A DNA stretch of 64,000 bases from Mobula hypostoma. Taxonomy: Eukaryota. Shown here one piece after another: positions 24,419 through 38,691 of this stretch. Position numbers and translations under genes: made by a program. Each line of letters begins with the position of its first letter. Positions within the stretch are counted from its first letter, which is position 1. Below the pieces are notes generated by a model. The model had not been told where the DNA came from and ran no database searches. It saw only the letters and a list, made by a program, of their open reading frames with translations. The stretch spans positions 195,240,001-195,304,000 of the forward strand of contig NC_086097.1 in assembly GCF_963921235.1 (NCBI RefSeq). The letters are read 5' to 3'.

Positions 24419-27342
24419 TTCAAGCAAATCCACTAATAGAAAGTTTGTGAGTGGTGGTAAAAATCTTCTGAGGTGTATATATTTCAATGCTAGGAGTATT
24501 GCAGGGAAGGCAGATGAGTTGAGGGCGTGGATTGACACTTGGAATTATGACGTCATAGCAATTAGTGAAACTTGGCTTCAGGAGGGGCAGCACTGGCAGC
24601 TTAATATTCCAGGGTTTCGATGTTTCAGATGTGATCGAGGCAGAGGAATGAAAGGTGGAGGAGTAGCATTGCTTGTTAGGGAAAATATTACAGCAGTGCT
24701 CAGGCAGGACAGATTAGAGGGCTTGTCTACTGAGTCCTTATGGGTGGAGCTGAGAAACAGGAAAGGTATGGCCACATTAGTGGGATTGTATTACAGACCA
24801 CCCAATAGTCAACAAGAATTGGAAGAGCAAATCTGCAGAGAGATAGCAGGCAACTACAGGAAACAAAAGTTGTGGTGGTAGGGGATTTTAATTTTCCATA
24901 TATTGATTGGGGCTCCCATACTATTAGGGGTCTAGATGGTTTAGAGTTTATAAAATGTGTTCAAGAAAGTTTTCTAAATCAATATATAGAGGGTCCAACT
25001 AGAGGGGATGCAATATTGGATCTCCTGTTAGGAAACGAGTTAGGACAAGTGACAGAAGTGTGTGTAGGAGAGCACTTTGGTTCCAGTGATCATAACACCA
25101 TTAGTTTCAACTTGATCATGGACAAGGATAGATGTGGTCCTAAGGTTGAGGTTCTTAACTGGAAGAAGGCCAAATTTGAAGAAATGAGAAAGGATCTAAA
25201 AAGCGTGGATTGGGACAGGTTGTTCTCTGACAAGGAGATGATCGGTAGGTGGGAAGCCTTCAAAGGGGAAATTTTGAGAGTGCAGAATATGTATGTTCCT
25301 GTCAGGATTAAAGGCAAAGTGAATAGGAATAAGGAACCTTGGTTCTCAAGGGATATTGCAACACTGATAAAGAAGAAGAGGGAGTTGTATGACATGTATT
25401 GGAAGCAGGGAGTAAATAAGGTGCCTGAGGAGTATAAGAAGTGCAAGAAAATACTTAAGAAAGAAATCAGGAGGGCTAAAAGAAGACATGAGGTTCCCTT
25501 GGCAGTCAAAGTGAAGGATAATCCAAAGAGCTTTTACAGGTATATTAAGAGCAAAAGGATTGTAAGGGATAAAATTGGTCCTCTTGAAGATCAGAGTGGT
25601 CGGTTATGTGTGGAACCAAAGGAAGTGGGGGAGATCTTAAATAGGTTTTTTGCATCTGTATTTACTAAGGAAACTGGCATGAAGTCTATGGAATTAAGAG
25701 AAACAAATAGTGAGATCATGGAAACTGTACAGATCGAAAAGGAGGAGGTCCTTGCTGTCTTGAGGAAAATTAAAGTGGATAAATCCCTGAGACCTGACAG
25801 GGTGTTCCCTCGGACCTTGAAGGAGACTAGTGTTGAAATTGCAGGGGCCTTGGCAGAAATATTTAAAATGTCGCTGTCTACAGGTGAGGTGCCGGAGGAT
25901 TGGAGAGTGGCTCATGTTGTTCCGTTGTTTAAAAAAAGATCGAAAAGTAATCCGGGAAATTATAGGCCAATAAGTTTAACATCGGTAGTAGTAAGTTATT
26001 GGAGGGAGTACCAAGAGACAGAATCTACAAGCATTTGGATAGACAGGGACTTATTAGGGAGAGTCAACATGGCTTTGTGCGTGGTAGGTCATGTTTGACC
26101 AATCTATTGGAGTTTTTCGAGGAGGTTACCAGGAAAGTGGATGAAGGGAAGGCAGTGGATATTGTCTACATGGACTTCAGTAAGGCCTTTGACAAGGTCC
26201 TGCATGGGAGGTTAGTTAGGGAAATTCAGTTGCTAGGTATACATGGAGAGGGTAAATTGGATTAGACATTGGCTCAATGGAAGAAGCCAAAGAGTGGTAG
26301 TAGAGAATTGCTTCTCCGAGTGGAGGCCTGTGACTAGTGGTGTGCCACAGGGATCAGTGCTGGGTCCATTGTTATTTGTCATCTATATCAATGATCTGGA
26401 TGATAATGTGGTAAATTAGATCAGCAAATTTGCTGATGATACAAAGATTGGAGGTGTAGTAGACAGTGAGGAAGGTTTTCAGAGCCTGCAGAGGGACTTG
26501 GACCAGCTGGAAAAATGGGCTGAAAAATGGCAGATGGAGTTTAATACAGACAAGTGTGAGGTATTGCACGTTGGAAGGACAAACTAAGGTAGAACATACA
26601 GGGTTTAAGGTAAGGCACTGAGGAGTGCAGTGGAACAGAGGGATCTGGGAATACAGATACAAAATTCCCTAAGAGTGGCGTCACCGGTAGATAGGGTCGT
26701 AAAGAGAGCTTTTGGCACATTGGCCTTTATTAATCAAAGTATTGAGTATAAGAGCTGGAATGTTATGATGAGGTTGTATAAAGCATTGGTGAGGCCGAAT
26801 CTGGAGTATTGTGTTCAGTTTTGGTCACCAAATTACAGGAAGGATATAAATAAGGTTGAAAGAGTGCAGAGAAGGTTTACAAGGATGTTGCTGGGACTTG
26901 AGAAACTCAGTTACAGAGAAAGGTTGAATAGGTTAGGACTTTATTCCCTGGAGCGTAGAAGAATGAGGGGAGATTTGATAGAGGTATATAAAATTATGAT
27001 GGGTATTGACAGAGTGAATGCAAGCAGGCTTTTTCCACTGAGGCAAGGGGAGAAAAAACCAGAGGACATGGGTTAAGGGTGAAGGGGGAAAAGTTTAAAG
27101 GGAACATTAGGGGGAGCTTCTTCACACAGAGAGTGGTGGGAGTATGGAATGAGCTGCCAGACGAGGTGGTAAATGCGGGTTCTTTTTTAACATTTAAGAA
27201 TAAATTGGACAGATATGGACGGGAGGTGTATGGAGGGATATGGTCCATGTGCAGGTCAGTGGGACTAGGCAGAAAATGGTTCGGCACAGCCAAGAAGAGC
27301 CAAAAGGCTTGTTTCTGTGCTGTAGTTTCTATGGTTCTATGG
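24419..27342 (+). mobile_element. CR1 LINE (family B), 5'-truncated, frameshifted ORF2
   Basis: ORFs 24447..24881, 24872..26098, 25999..26265 and 26630..27076, with SKFADD at ~26422. Highly similar to 2500-5433; ends in a TTCTATGG tail. Confidence 0.93.
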
Positions 27343-27975
27343 TTTATCAGCGCCAGGATGAACTTACCATTGACAGGGGTTGCTTTATGTAGGGAGTGCG
27401 AGTTGAGAGCATCACAATGCAGCACATTCCACAATCAAACGCCGGCAGAGCTACATAGCAGTCATCTAGACATGGTGAAAATAAAAGTGTTGGCTCAAAG
27501 CTTTGTCTGGTGGCCTGGGATAGATCAGCAGACTGAGCAGCTTGCCAGGCACTGTCAGGATGCCAACACGTCTGGAAGGTGCCAAGAGCAGTGCCTCTCC
27601 ATCACTGGGAATGGCCTTCATTGCCCTGGCAGAGGATTCATGTGTACGTTGCTGGACCATTCTGGGCACACGTTCCTTGATAGTAGTGGATGAACCTACA
27701 ATGTAGCCAGAAGTGTTTCAAGCCTCCACTACAGCTTTGTACACTGTTGAAGTGCTCAGAGGCCTCTTCTCCGGGACTGGTGTTTCAGAATAGTTAGTCA
27801 GTGATAATGGACTACAGTTTGTTGTAGAACAGTTTCAGTCATTCCTGAAAATGAATGGAATAAGACATATCACATCTGCACTGTACCACAGAGCTACAAA
27901 CGTCTTTGCTGAAAGGGTTGTTCAGAGTCTAAATACACACTGAGAGTAATGTCAGAAGAGCACACTACACTAACA

Positions 27976-29925
27976 CAGGTGCAGGATAGATACATTCCAC
28001 AGAAAGAAGAAGTTCTCAAATGGCAGAGGTAGGCAATTATGGCTGACAAGTGAAGTTAAGGACTGCATAAAAGCTAAGCAAAGGGCATAAAAGGTATCAA
28101 AAGTCAGAAGGAAGTTGAATGATTGTGACGCTTTTAAACTGAAACAAAAGGCAACTGAAATGCTATAAGAAGGGAAAAGATGAAATATGAGGGCAAACTA
28201 GCCAATAATATAAAGCAGGATACAGAAAGTTTTTTTTCAGTTATATAAGGAATAAATGGGAGGTAAGAATTGTTATTGGACCACTGAAAAATGATGCTGG
28301 TGAGCTAGTAATGGGAGACAAAGAACTGGCAGATGAACATAATAGGTACTTTGCAACAGTCTTCTCTGTGGAAGATACCAGCAGTGTGCCAGAGGTCTGT
28401 GAGTGTCAGGGAGCAGGAGTGAGTGCCATTGCTATTACAAAGGAACAAACTGGATAAGTCACCTGGACTAGATGGACTGCATCCCAGAGTCCTGAGAGAG
28501 GTTGCTGAAGAGATAATGGATGCATTGGTCATGATTTTTCAAGAATCACTTGATTCTGGCATGGTCCTGGAGGAATAGAAGATTGCAAATGTCACTCCAC
28601 TTTTTAAGAAAGGAGGAAGGCAAAAAAAAAGGAAATTATAAACCAGTTAGCCAAACCTCAGTGGTTGGGAAAGTGTTGGAGTCCACTATTAAGAATGAGG
28701 TTTCAGGGTACTTGGAGACTAATGATAAAAAATAAGTCAAAGTCAGCATGGTTTCTGCAAAGAAAAATCTTCCCTGACAAATCTGTTAGAATTATTCAAA
28801 GAAGTAACAAGCAGAATGAACAAAGGAGAGGCAGTGGATGTCATTTATTTGGATATTCACACATGAGGCTGCTTAGCAAGATAAAATCCTATGGAATTAC
28901 AGGAAAGATACTGGCATGGATAGCAGAATGACTGATAAACAGGAGGCAGCAAGAGGGAATAAATGGGAGCTTTTCTGGTTGGCTGCCAATGAATAGTGGT
29001 GTTCCTCAGGGGTCAGTATTGGGACCACTACTTTTCACGTTGTCAGTGATTTGGATAATGGAATTGATGGCTTTGTGGCAGTTTGCGGATGATACGAAGA
29101 TAGGTGGAGGGGTAGGTAGTGCTGAGGAAGAAATGCAATTGCAGCAGAACTTAGACAAATTGGAAGAATGGACAAAAAGGTGGCAGATGGAATACAGTGT
29201 TGAGAAATGCATGATAACGCATTTTGGTAAAGGAACAATACTGCAGACTATAATCTAAATGGGGAGAAGGTACAAACATCAGAGCTGCAGAGTTCTCATG
29301 CAAGGCTCCCAAAAGATTAATTTACAGGTTGAGTCTCTGATAAAGAAGGCAAATGCAATGTTGGTATTTATTTCAAGGGGAACAGAAAATAAAAGTAAGG
29401 AGATAATGCTGAGGCTTTATAAGACACGAGTCAGGCCTCATTTGGAGTATTGTCAACAGTTTTGGACCCCATATCTCAGAAAGAATGTATTTTCATTGGA
29501 CAGAATCCAGAGGAGATTCATGAGGATTAATCTGGGAATGACGGGGTTAACATATGAGAAGCATTTGGCAGCTTTGGGTCTGTACTCATGGGAATTAAGA
29601 GAAACGCGGGGGGACCTCATTGACACCTACCAAATGTAAGGACTAGATAGGGTGGATGCAGAGAGGATGAGGGGTAACAGTTTAGGACAGAGGTAAGGGG
29701 GAATTTTTTTAGCCAGAGCATGGTGAATCTGTGGAAAGCACCGCCACAGACTGCAGTGGAGGCCAGTTCTGTGGGTATGTTTAAGGCGGAAGTTGATCAA
29801 TTCTAGATCAGTCAGAGTATCAAAGGATATGACGAGAAGGCAGGTGTATGGGGTTGAGTGAGATCTGCGGTCAGCCATGATGGAATGGTGGAGCAGACTC
29901 GATGGGCTGAATGGGCTAATTCTGC
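27976..29925 (+). mobile_element. Older decayed CR1 ORF2 and 3' end
   Basis: [20 protein letters not shown] (28989) and VRPHLEYC (29259), with many stops. Confidence 0.88.
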
Positions 29926-30667
29926 TTCAATATTTCACTCCTGGACAAGCAGTCCTGGTGAGGGAGTACAGAGGTGATCAAAAGTGGGTACTTGGAAAGA
30001 TTAAGAACAGAACTGGACCGCTCTGCTACACAGTGGAGATTGCATCTGATATCATCTGTAGATGACATATCAATCAGTTGAGGATAGCAAAGTCAATTGT
30101 TAGAGAAGAGAGGTGTCCAAAGCTGTCAGAACCACTTCCTGCAGTCCCAGGGTCAACTCCAACAACCACCACGGAGGAGGCTCCCGAACCTGAGATTGTT
30201 TCACAGCCACAAGTCTCTCCTGACAAGCTGAGAGACCCCACTTTCTCAGGAAAGATGTTATCATTCAAGAGTAAGAAATCCTCTACAGTGATTAAATATT
30301 TAGGTTTGAATGGAAGAACTTAAACCTTACTATGCTGTGGATGTCTATATAATAGATGTATTACATCGTATACTGAGAAATTTACGGGGAACATGAGGGG
30401 AAACTTCTTCATTCAGTGGGTCATGAGAGTGTGGAATGAGCTTCCAGCACAAGTGTTACATGCAAACTCGATTTCAATGTTTAAAAGAAGTTTGGATAGT
30501 CACATGGATGGTAGGGATATGGAGGGCTATGGTCCTGGTGCAGTCTGGTAGGAGTAGGCAGTGTAAGTGGTTTTGGCATCAACTAGATGAGCTGTTTCTG
30601 TGTTGTGCTGTACTCTCAGACTATGCATTCTATATTGAGTTGGAGTTTAAAGCCAAGAAAGGAGGAG

Positions 30668-30933
30668 TGTTGTGCTTTTAATATTTCAGTAATATTTGAG
30701 TAATATTGTAAATATATTGTTTGATTAAGCATTCTATTTTGTTTACATAATTCATTACAAGTTCTACCAACTTAGATACACGAAGTACATGAATGGCATA
30801 CAGTATACCATTACACCAACACGCCATTAGTGCAAGCCTCACTAAAAGTAAAAACGAAGTAGACACATTTATCCTGGACTCCCTGTGTTTTTCTTTCAAT
30901 TAGTTTTATGCTTTGGAGTTACACAATATAACA
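30668..30933 (+). repeat. 3' LTR of the Gypsy element
   Basis: A polypurine tract aagaaaggaggag lies immediately before TGTTGTG; the segment ends ...TATAACA (TG..CA termini). Confidence 0.65.
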
Positions 30934-32994
30934 AAAACCACAGCACCCAGTGAGTTGTTTGCTGCTTGCCCACCTATTAACATCTCACTTATCATCTCTC
31001 AAAGTCATTGAAAGCAGTCAGGTATCATTAACCTTTCAACAACATATTAAGGAAATCTGCAAACCTGTTCAAAAAGATTGTCTTTGTGCCTTAGAACTTA
31101 TATCACCAGCGTTATTCCAGAATCATTCTCTGCACTGAGGTGTTGTGACCAGCAATACCTAAAGTGGATAAAATATGTTTTCATTTGCAAAGTTATAGTT
31201 CACTAATGCACATAGACAGTGCAATAAGTTCACAGAAAATATTCTGATTGAAGTTAACAGCTACTACTTACATTTATACTGTCTTAGCAATTTAAATCAG
31301 TGAACAAAACTGATCTGGATTCAAAGGATGCCATCTAATTTAAGCCTGTTTTTCAAGTTGTGTCAGTCAAAGCTGGTGATAACCCAAGCATCCAGACTAC
31401 CACAGATATCTGAACATAACAATTGTATAAAGTAGCACAGGACTAACCTAGGAAGACATTAGTTCCAGGAAAAAAGAAACTTTACAAATTATTAAGAATG
31501 GCACTGAAGATCACTCTCCCCTTAACCTACATGTTGTAGAAAATGTTCAGCCTCTTACAGTGCCATTTTGTTACGTACTGATTCACAACAAATATATCCA
31601 AAGTTCAGTATAAATATATGTCTTAGAATGTACACTATGGAAGTAATCAGCAGGATGGAAAATGTATACAAAAGAGTTTGTTTTCTAGCATTAATGGAAT
31701 GGAATACCTTTATTTTTTGCCAACCTAAGTCAGTAGCATTTTAACCTCTGTGTCAACATACAAGGAATTTGAATATGTCAATTCCAGCAATGGAGTGCTA
31801 AGTTTAGGATGTAATTTTGATTTTAGTTTTACCCTTGGACCAACTTGCATTGGAAAGCAACATTGTGCATTTGAATTATACAGCACATGCAGCTTCAGAA
31901 ATAAGCCTCACACATTTCAACATTCAAACCCATTTGAAACCCACCAATCATCATTTATCTAATTCTGTGTAGAAAGTTGACGGATAGTGGTAGAAAATCC
32001 TGTTACCTGAAACCATCTGTCAACAAATGGGCTGGGAAAGGACGTGAGTCTTACATACAGGAAAGGGAGATTCCAAAGCCAGAGAATCTCAGACCTTCAT
32101 TACGTATCGCTGACAAATCATTATGCTCCCCCTGGCCTGACACAGAAAATATAGTTTGGACTAGTCACTGTGTATGACCTGATTTATTATATTTAACCTT
32201 TTATCATCAGAAAATTGTCCCCAGACATAAATTCATTTGTGCTTCATCAAATAGAAATTAGTTGCAACAAGAATTCATTAGAACTGAGAACTTATGCACA
32301 TTCCAAAAAGAGATATTGATGGACTGTTTTAATAAGCATGCACATAAACAGATTAATGTTTATTTCACATTCATAGAAGGGCGGCATAGCACTGATCAGG
32401 GTTCAATGCCCACCTCTGTCTGTAAAGTGCTTTTATGTTCTTCTCTGACCACACCCCTAACTAACAAATCCCCTATCAACACAGCGTGCCCCTTCTTCCT
32501 TACCCCCCACCTTTCCTTCTGAGTCACCGAGCCAGACTCAATGCCAGAGACACGCCTGCTGTGACTTTCCTCTTGTTAGGTCATTTCCCCCCTGCCCCCC
32601 ACCAACGGCATCCAAACTGATATACCTGTTGTTGAGGGGATGGCCACAGGGGTACTTTGCACTGGCTCCTTAACCCCTTTTCCCTTCCTGACTGTCACCC
32701 AGTTTGCTGTGTCCTGAGTTAAGGTATATCAAATGCATGTATACATGTGATGTTAATAAACCAATTTACCAAATTATCCAATGTATACTTGAAAAACTTG
32801 TCCATACACCAGAGAATTGTTTTTGCTGACTTCATTTTTATCCACTTAACAAACAGTAGTGTATCAGTGCAATAAAAGCAGAAAATGTAGGAAATAATCA
32901 GCAGGTCATGCAGCAACTGTGGAAAAATATATTGAGATAATGCCTCAGGACAAAAACCATTTATCAAAACAGTAAACTAATCTAGTTGTAAATA

Positions 32995-33572
32995 CACACA
33001 TTGGCCACTTTATTAGGTACATAGGTACACCTGCTTGTTAATGCAAATATCTAATCAGACAAACATGTGGCAGCAGCTCAATGTATAAAAGCATACCAAC
33101 ACGGTCAAGAGTTCCAGTTGTTGTTCAGAACAAACATCAGAAAGGTTTAAGAGACCCAAGTGATCTAAGTGACTTTGACCGTAGAATGATTGTTGGTGCC
33201 AGATGGGGTGGCCTAAGGATCTCAGAAACTGTTGATCTCCTGGGATTTTTTTTGCACAACAGTTTCTACAGTTTATAGCGAATAGAGCAAAAAACAAAAA
33301 TGACAGCCAATGAGTGGCCTTTCTGGGGAATACGCATTGTTAATGATAGAGATCAGAGGAGAATGGCCAGATTGATTCAAGCTGTGAGAAAGGTGACAGT
33401 AACTCAAACAATCAAGCATTACAACAGTGGTGTGCAGAAGAGCCCCTCTGAATGTACATACAACACACCAAACCTAGAAGGAGATCAGCTACAGCATCAG
33501 AAGACTACAAATGTACACTCTGTGGATACTTTATTAGGTACAGAAGGAACCTAATAAAGTGGCCACTGAATG
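32995..33572 (+). mobile_element. Non-autonomous Tc1/mariner element
   Basis: TIRs tggccactttattaggt / acctaataaagtggcca with TA on both sides. Transposase HTH remnants: LSDFDRRMIVGAR..ISETVDLLGF and QRRMARLIQA. Confidence 0.85.
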
Positions 33573-34009
33573 TAGATCATGTTAACTTTCACATAATTCT
33601 GTTTATTTCTTTCTTTCAGATGTCTGTACAAATATGTACTGCTGTCAGCATTCTCAAATTAAGTGACTATAAGGAGTTGAAGTAGGCAACTGGTTAATAA
33701 CTGTCTCTTTATGGTTAACAAACGAGATGCCTGCCTGGAAAATGAAGTTCATATTTCCTGATGCAAGCAATTACCTGACTTCTTTAGTTGTTTGACTTCC
33801 TAGATGATTTTCATGGGCCATCTAGCTCACACAGTATGCCTTGGGGAAAACTCTTACCTCTACCATCTAGGTGATAAACTCACGAGTCACTAGCAATAAC
33901 AAACTCCACCTCATGAGATCAGGATACAACAAGAATAGGTTTCTTAAACCTCCTCCAGCAGGACTTCTTGTATTTATAATCCTGTCCTGACTGAAGAGCC
34001 CATAAGGCA

Positions 34010-34410
34010 GAGAAAATTTACACAGATGTTTGCAGGGACTTGAGGACTAGATTTACAGGGATTGGTTGAATTGGTTAAGACTTTTTTTTCACCTGGAGTG
34101 CAGGAGAATGAACGGAGATCTTAGAGGCATGCAAAATTATGAGGAGTTTAGATAGGGTGAATGAATAATGTTTTTTTTCCACTTAGTTTCAGTGAAACTA
34201 GAACTAGAGGTCATAGGTTTCAGGTAACAGCTAAAATATTGAAGGGGAATTCAAGGTGGAACCATTTCACTGAGAAGGTATTGTGAGTGTGGAGTGATCT
34301 GTCAGTGGAAGTGGTCCAGGTGTATTTAGATGGATTTAGGCAGAAACCAGGCTGACACAGACTAGATGGGCTGAAGACCCTGTTTCTGTGTTGTACTGCC
34401 CTATGACTCT
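34010..34410 (+). mobile_element. Old CR1 3' end
   Basis: Decayed RFT.M..GL / TRGH similarity to 4960-5430. Confidence 0.7.
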
Positions 34411-35564
34411 TTATTTCTAAGATAAATAAGCTAAAACTGAAAACGGTCAAAAGGCAGGTTCCAAAATCTCGAGAGGCTGGTTTCTGAGAAGATTTGCAGC
34501 AGAATCACAGGGCTGTGACAGTGAGGGTTTCAGGATTATGGGGATGGAGGATGTCGTGTTGATGAGCAGAATTCCCTGTTTTCAGCAGCTGAGTCCTAAT
34601 TCTAATGGAGCGGAATAGATAGAGCGGGTGGTAACTGAGGTTTCTGAGCACCATCTTGGGATAATGAGCTGCATGTTGGTCTTAATGACGCTAGTGGGTG
34701 AAGGAGGTACACATTCTTCTCCTGACACACAAGCACTGTTCCAAAAGGATTCTGCCCTTCTCAACTACTTTCAGCTGTTGGTTTCACTGAGGTCTGGGAA
34801 AACTGTCTGTGGTTAAAAACGGAATGACATAATGAAGGTTAGCTGTCTCACTGTGGAATAACGTGATTGACATCCTCTGAGCAAGAGACCCACCCAGCCC
34901 TCAGGCCTCCGCAATCAGAACAGATAGTGGGCATGTTCAAGGGAGGGTTCTCTCTTCTCCAAAATTTTTGCATTTTACCCCTGACATAATTCATCTATAC
35001 AGATCTGAAAATTATACTCATCCAAGAAGTATAATCGGTCCATTCCAATCTTGCTTTTCCAGCCCACAGCATGAATTGAAAATCACCATAAAGGTAATAT
35101 TGCTTTGCATGGTATTAACCACTAGTACTAAAAACTAAGGCAAAAACTGGGGAGAAAAAAACAAATATCTATTATAAGTTGATTTTGCATGCTTTCATTT
35201 TCATACATCTCATTGCTGAAGTATGTGAACTATTTTGCTCCTTTGTATTTCCAGCATCCACCTATTGCCAAGTTCAGAACGAAACAGAGTGCACAACAGA
35301 TTGGATCATGGCTTGACTTCTGAGAGTTCTTGATGATGAGAATTCAACTAAAATCTTAACTTCAACAACTTATACCCAATAGAAGCAGAAATATATGAAT
35401 TTTTATAAAAATCTTGTTTACAATCTAGGACTATCCAAGCAGCCTATCAAAAGCCATAATTTCTGATCTCAAATTACAGACAAGCTCAATTGACATCTGG
35501 CTCCTGTGCAAGTTACTTTCTCAAGGGCTAGAATAATACAAATTTAATTTGTTTACTTATTTAC

Positions 35565-35641
35565 CAGTTCTTCAAAACTGCTTGTAGACCTGCTCCAAGT
35601 TGCCTTGATGTAACTCTCATTGTAATGGTTTCAAACTACAA
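35565..35641 (-). other. Candidate host-gene exon (77 nt)
   Basis: Acceptor atctctcttttattttcag and donor CTG|gtaaat. All three frames are closed at the 5' end. acaATG at 35620 opens MRVTSRQLGAGLQAVLKN to the donor. It lies in a repeat-poor island. Confidence 0.45.
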
Positions 35642-37039
35642 CTGAAAATAAAAGAGAGATAAATAAAAGTATGGATTATGGAAAATTTTAAAAATTGCAA
35701 AACAGCTTGGTTCAGAGCCCTGACTAGGGAGTCACAAACATATTCACATTGTATGACAAAAGAAAATGTAATCCATAGCTTGCGACATCTGGTTCATTTT
35801 TTCTGAAGGCCTAGTGGGACAAGAGGAAAGTTCTTGTTTCATGCATGTCAGTGCATTATTTCCCTATATGTAAAAGGTTCAGTTGCCTAAACTGCTTCAC
35901 AAATCAGCATGATATTGCTGAGATCAGAAGGGCTTGTGGAAAAAATGCATTGCAGCTGTGTCTACCTAAAGGCATATCTCCTACTGTTTAGAAATTAACT
36001 ACCTTTCCCCTCCCTCCACCATGTACAGACTTACAATGAAACACACTGAATATTTTGCAGGTGTATAAAAAATAAACTGAGGCAGTTATGCACACTTTAA
36101 TTGCCCAGAACATTAATTATGCAGGTATGCACTGTTGGTTGGCCATAATCACTAGATATAAAATATCCTTCATATAATTTTTATTGTCTATTCATTCAGC
36201 TGCTTGACGTTTGTTTGCCTTGCTGGATTCACCAATCCCAACATTTCACTGTGTGTTTACCATGAAAGAGCCGAGGATTGCAATTATAGTATCATGTAAT
36301 TTCCTAACACTTTTAATTTATAGCAGCTGCCAGAGGACTGAGTACACCCACATTCTACAAAATTAGCACCTGTCTTAGTGTGAAGAAATGATGCCCATTG
36401 CATAGTTAAGAAAACTGCTATTTGCTGCGAAAGGGAATTATCTTAAAATATCTCAATGGAATGACGATGGGCCACGTTCCATAGAGGAAGAACCTTTCAT
36501 TCTTCTGGGTGGTGAAAACAAAAATCTGTTCTTATCAATATCGTTTGGAGTGCAATAAGTGTTGTTCTATAAACAAATATTTTCCATCTCCTGAGCCTTT
36601 GAACATGCTGTGTGAAATAAGTCGAGATAGTCCTAAGGCCCATTCTCAACACATAGTAAAAAAACTCTCCATGATTCCCCAGCACAATCGACAAGTCCCT
36701 TTGGATATCGTGTAGGAAATAAAATACATATTGATTTCAATGAGTAGTCATTTAATGTTGAACAAAACAAGGATTGTCAAATTACACTAAATTCATGCTC
36801 AAATCCATTTGAAATTTCAAGCTTCTATTTAAATGGGCAGAACAAACATGAAATTTGAACTGGAAATCCTATCAATAGTCTATATTCAAAACCTTCATCC
36901 TACGTTAATAATCTTTCCATTATCTTGTCCCAGTCTTCCTTTTGTGCTGTACCATGGTCAACCTCATATCCTGGGCACTTGGCCATTTGCTCCCTCTCCA
37001 GCACCTGATCTTCATTCAAAATGTTCAGCCATCTTGTTC

Positions 37040-37770
37040 GTATATTTTGGAGTTCCTTCTGTTTGACCTACCAATCACTGCCTTCATTACTCCCAATGGT
37101 TTGTTCTCCACAGCTGTTCATGGCAACGAATTCCACAGAGTCACTAATCTCTGGTTGAGGAAATTTCTCCTCATTGCAATTTTAAAAGGATATCTCTTTA
37201 TTCTGAACCTGAGCCCTCAGATCCTAGACTCTTCCATTAGTGGAGACATCCTCTCTTTGCTCACTCTATCCAGGCCTTTCAGTATTCAATAGATGTCAAT
37301 GATACAGAACATAGAAGATAGAACATAGAAATCTACAGCACATTACAGGCCCTTCAGCCCATAATGTTGTGTCGACCATGTAACCCACTCTAGAAACTGC
37401 CTAGAATTTCCCTATTGCATAGCCCTCTATTTTTCTAAGCTCCATGTACCTATCAAAGAGGCTCTTAAAAGACCTAATTGTATCCCCTTCCACCACCGCC
37501 GCCAGCAGAGAACTCCATGTGCCCTCCATTCTCTGTGTGAAAAACTTAACCCTTGACGTCCTGTCAATACCTATTTCGAAGCACCTTAAAACCATGCCCC
37601 CTTGTGTTAGCCATTTCAGCCCTGGGAAAAAGCCTCTGGCTATCCATACAATCAATGCCTCTCATCATCTTATACTCTTCCCTCATTATTCTGAACTCCA
37701 TCAAACATAGACCCAGAGACATCAAATGCTCCTCACATGTTAAGCCTTTCATTCCTGGGATCATTCTTGT
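37040..37770 (-). mobile_element. Two nested CR1 3' fragments
   Basis: ORFs 37401..37655 (FFTQR..WSSL) and 37564..37764; (TTCTATG)-type tail at ~37305-37330. Confidence 0.75.
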
Positions 37771-38691
37771 GATAGGTTTGATAATCAGTGTGTAGCTAAG
37801 CCTCTGGATTGTGATCCTTTTGAATTTTTAACCCCACCAGTTGAAATTTATTTGGTCTAATTGAACTCTGTTTTCACAGTGGAATCAGCTCCTCCTTTAG
37901 TGAAGCTTCCCATTATGCGCTATTTTTTAAAATCTATACTCAACCTCCAACAATTCTTCAATCCTTCTGGTGTCATTCTCTGCTATGATTTACAAAGTTT
38001 GTATTTGGTATGGTGCTTATCAGTGCCTCTGAGTATATATGGCAGTTATCCTGCTAGTCTGCCTGAAGAATAGTCTTTTGATTTCTATCAACCCCAATGC
38101 TGTTTCTTAAAGTCATTTGAGACAAAGATTTTAGCACCCATCATAACAGATCTGTATGTGTTTTGTTCCTGGGGTCACTTTACACATGGGTAAAAGCATG
38201 AAAATGTTGAACTATATCCACCAGAGCGAAAACCCAAAGCAATTTATCAGAGTGAATGTCTGAGAGGGAAATCCATGCTGAGAAAAGTGAACATGAAAGG
38301 AGCATAAAAAACATACATGTTCCGGAGCATTTTTGAAAATAGAACCAGACAACTTTTGAGGTCCGATACCCTTCATCAAAAGTGTTTTTTGTGAAAGGAG
38401 TACGGGGTTGGAGATGGAACATAGAACACCACAGCACAGGAAAAGACCCCTCGGCCTACAATTAAATTAATAATCAAATGGCCAACTAAATTAATTCCTT
38501 CTTCCTACGCAATGACGTCTTCTTTGACTTCTTTCACTTTTATGTGCCTATCAAAACATTTTGTAATAGTTCCTAACGTATCTGCCTCTACAACCACAGG
38601 CAGCATATTCCAGGCACCCACCACTCTCTGTGTAAAAACTTTACCCCTCACATCTCCTTCGAACTTACTCCCTCTTACCTTAAATCCATGC

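Larger units (their letters stand above)
23810..30933 (+). mobile_element. Decayed Ty3/Gypsy element (RNase H, integrase, PPT, 3' LTR) broken by three CR1 insertions
   Basis: VLTHYDP..LACDA..IGAV..PIAFAS..NYAQID (23814), LITDHQPL (24017), integrase zinc-binding LHSSH...VWWPGIDQ (~27450), SDNGLQF (~27800), and VLVREY..KW..G.I..RTGP (29940). Confidence 0.85.

Noticed and set aside
27079..27693. 204-aa ORF joining CR1 C-terminus and Gypsy integrase
   Set aside because: Chance read-through across an insertion boundary after a small deletion in the CR1 tail.
33598..33690. Plus-strand acceptor-like tract (tttctttctttcag) as an exon
   Set aside because: There is no convincing donor, it is adjacent to a Tc1 end, and it is opposite to the other candidate exons.
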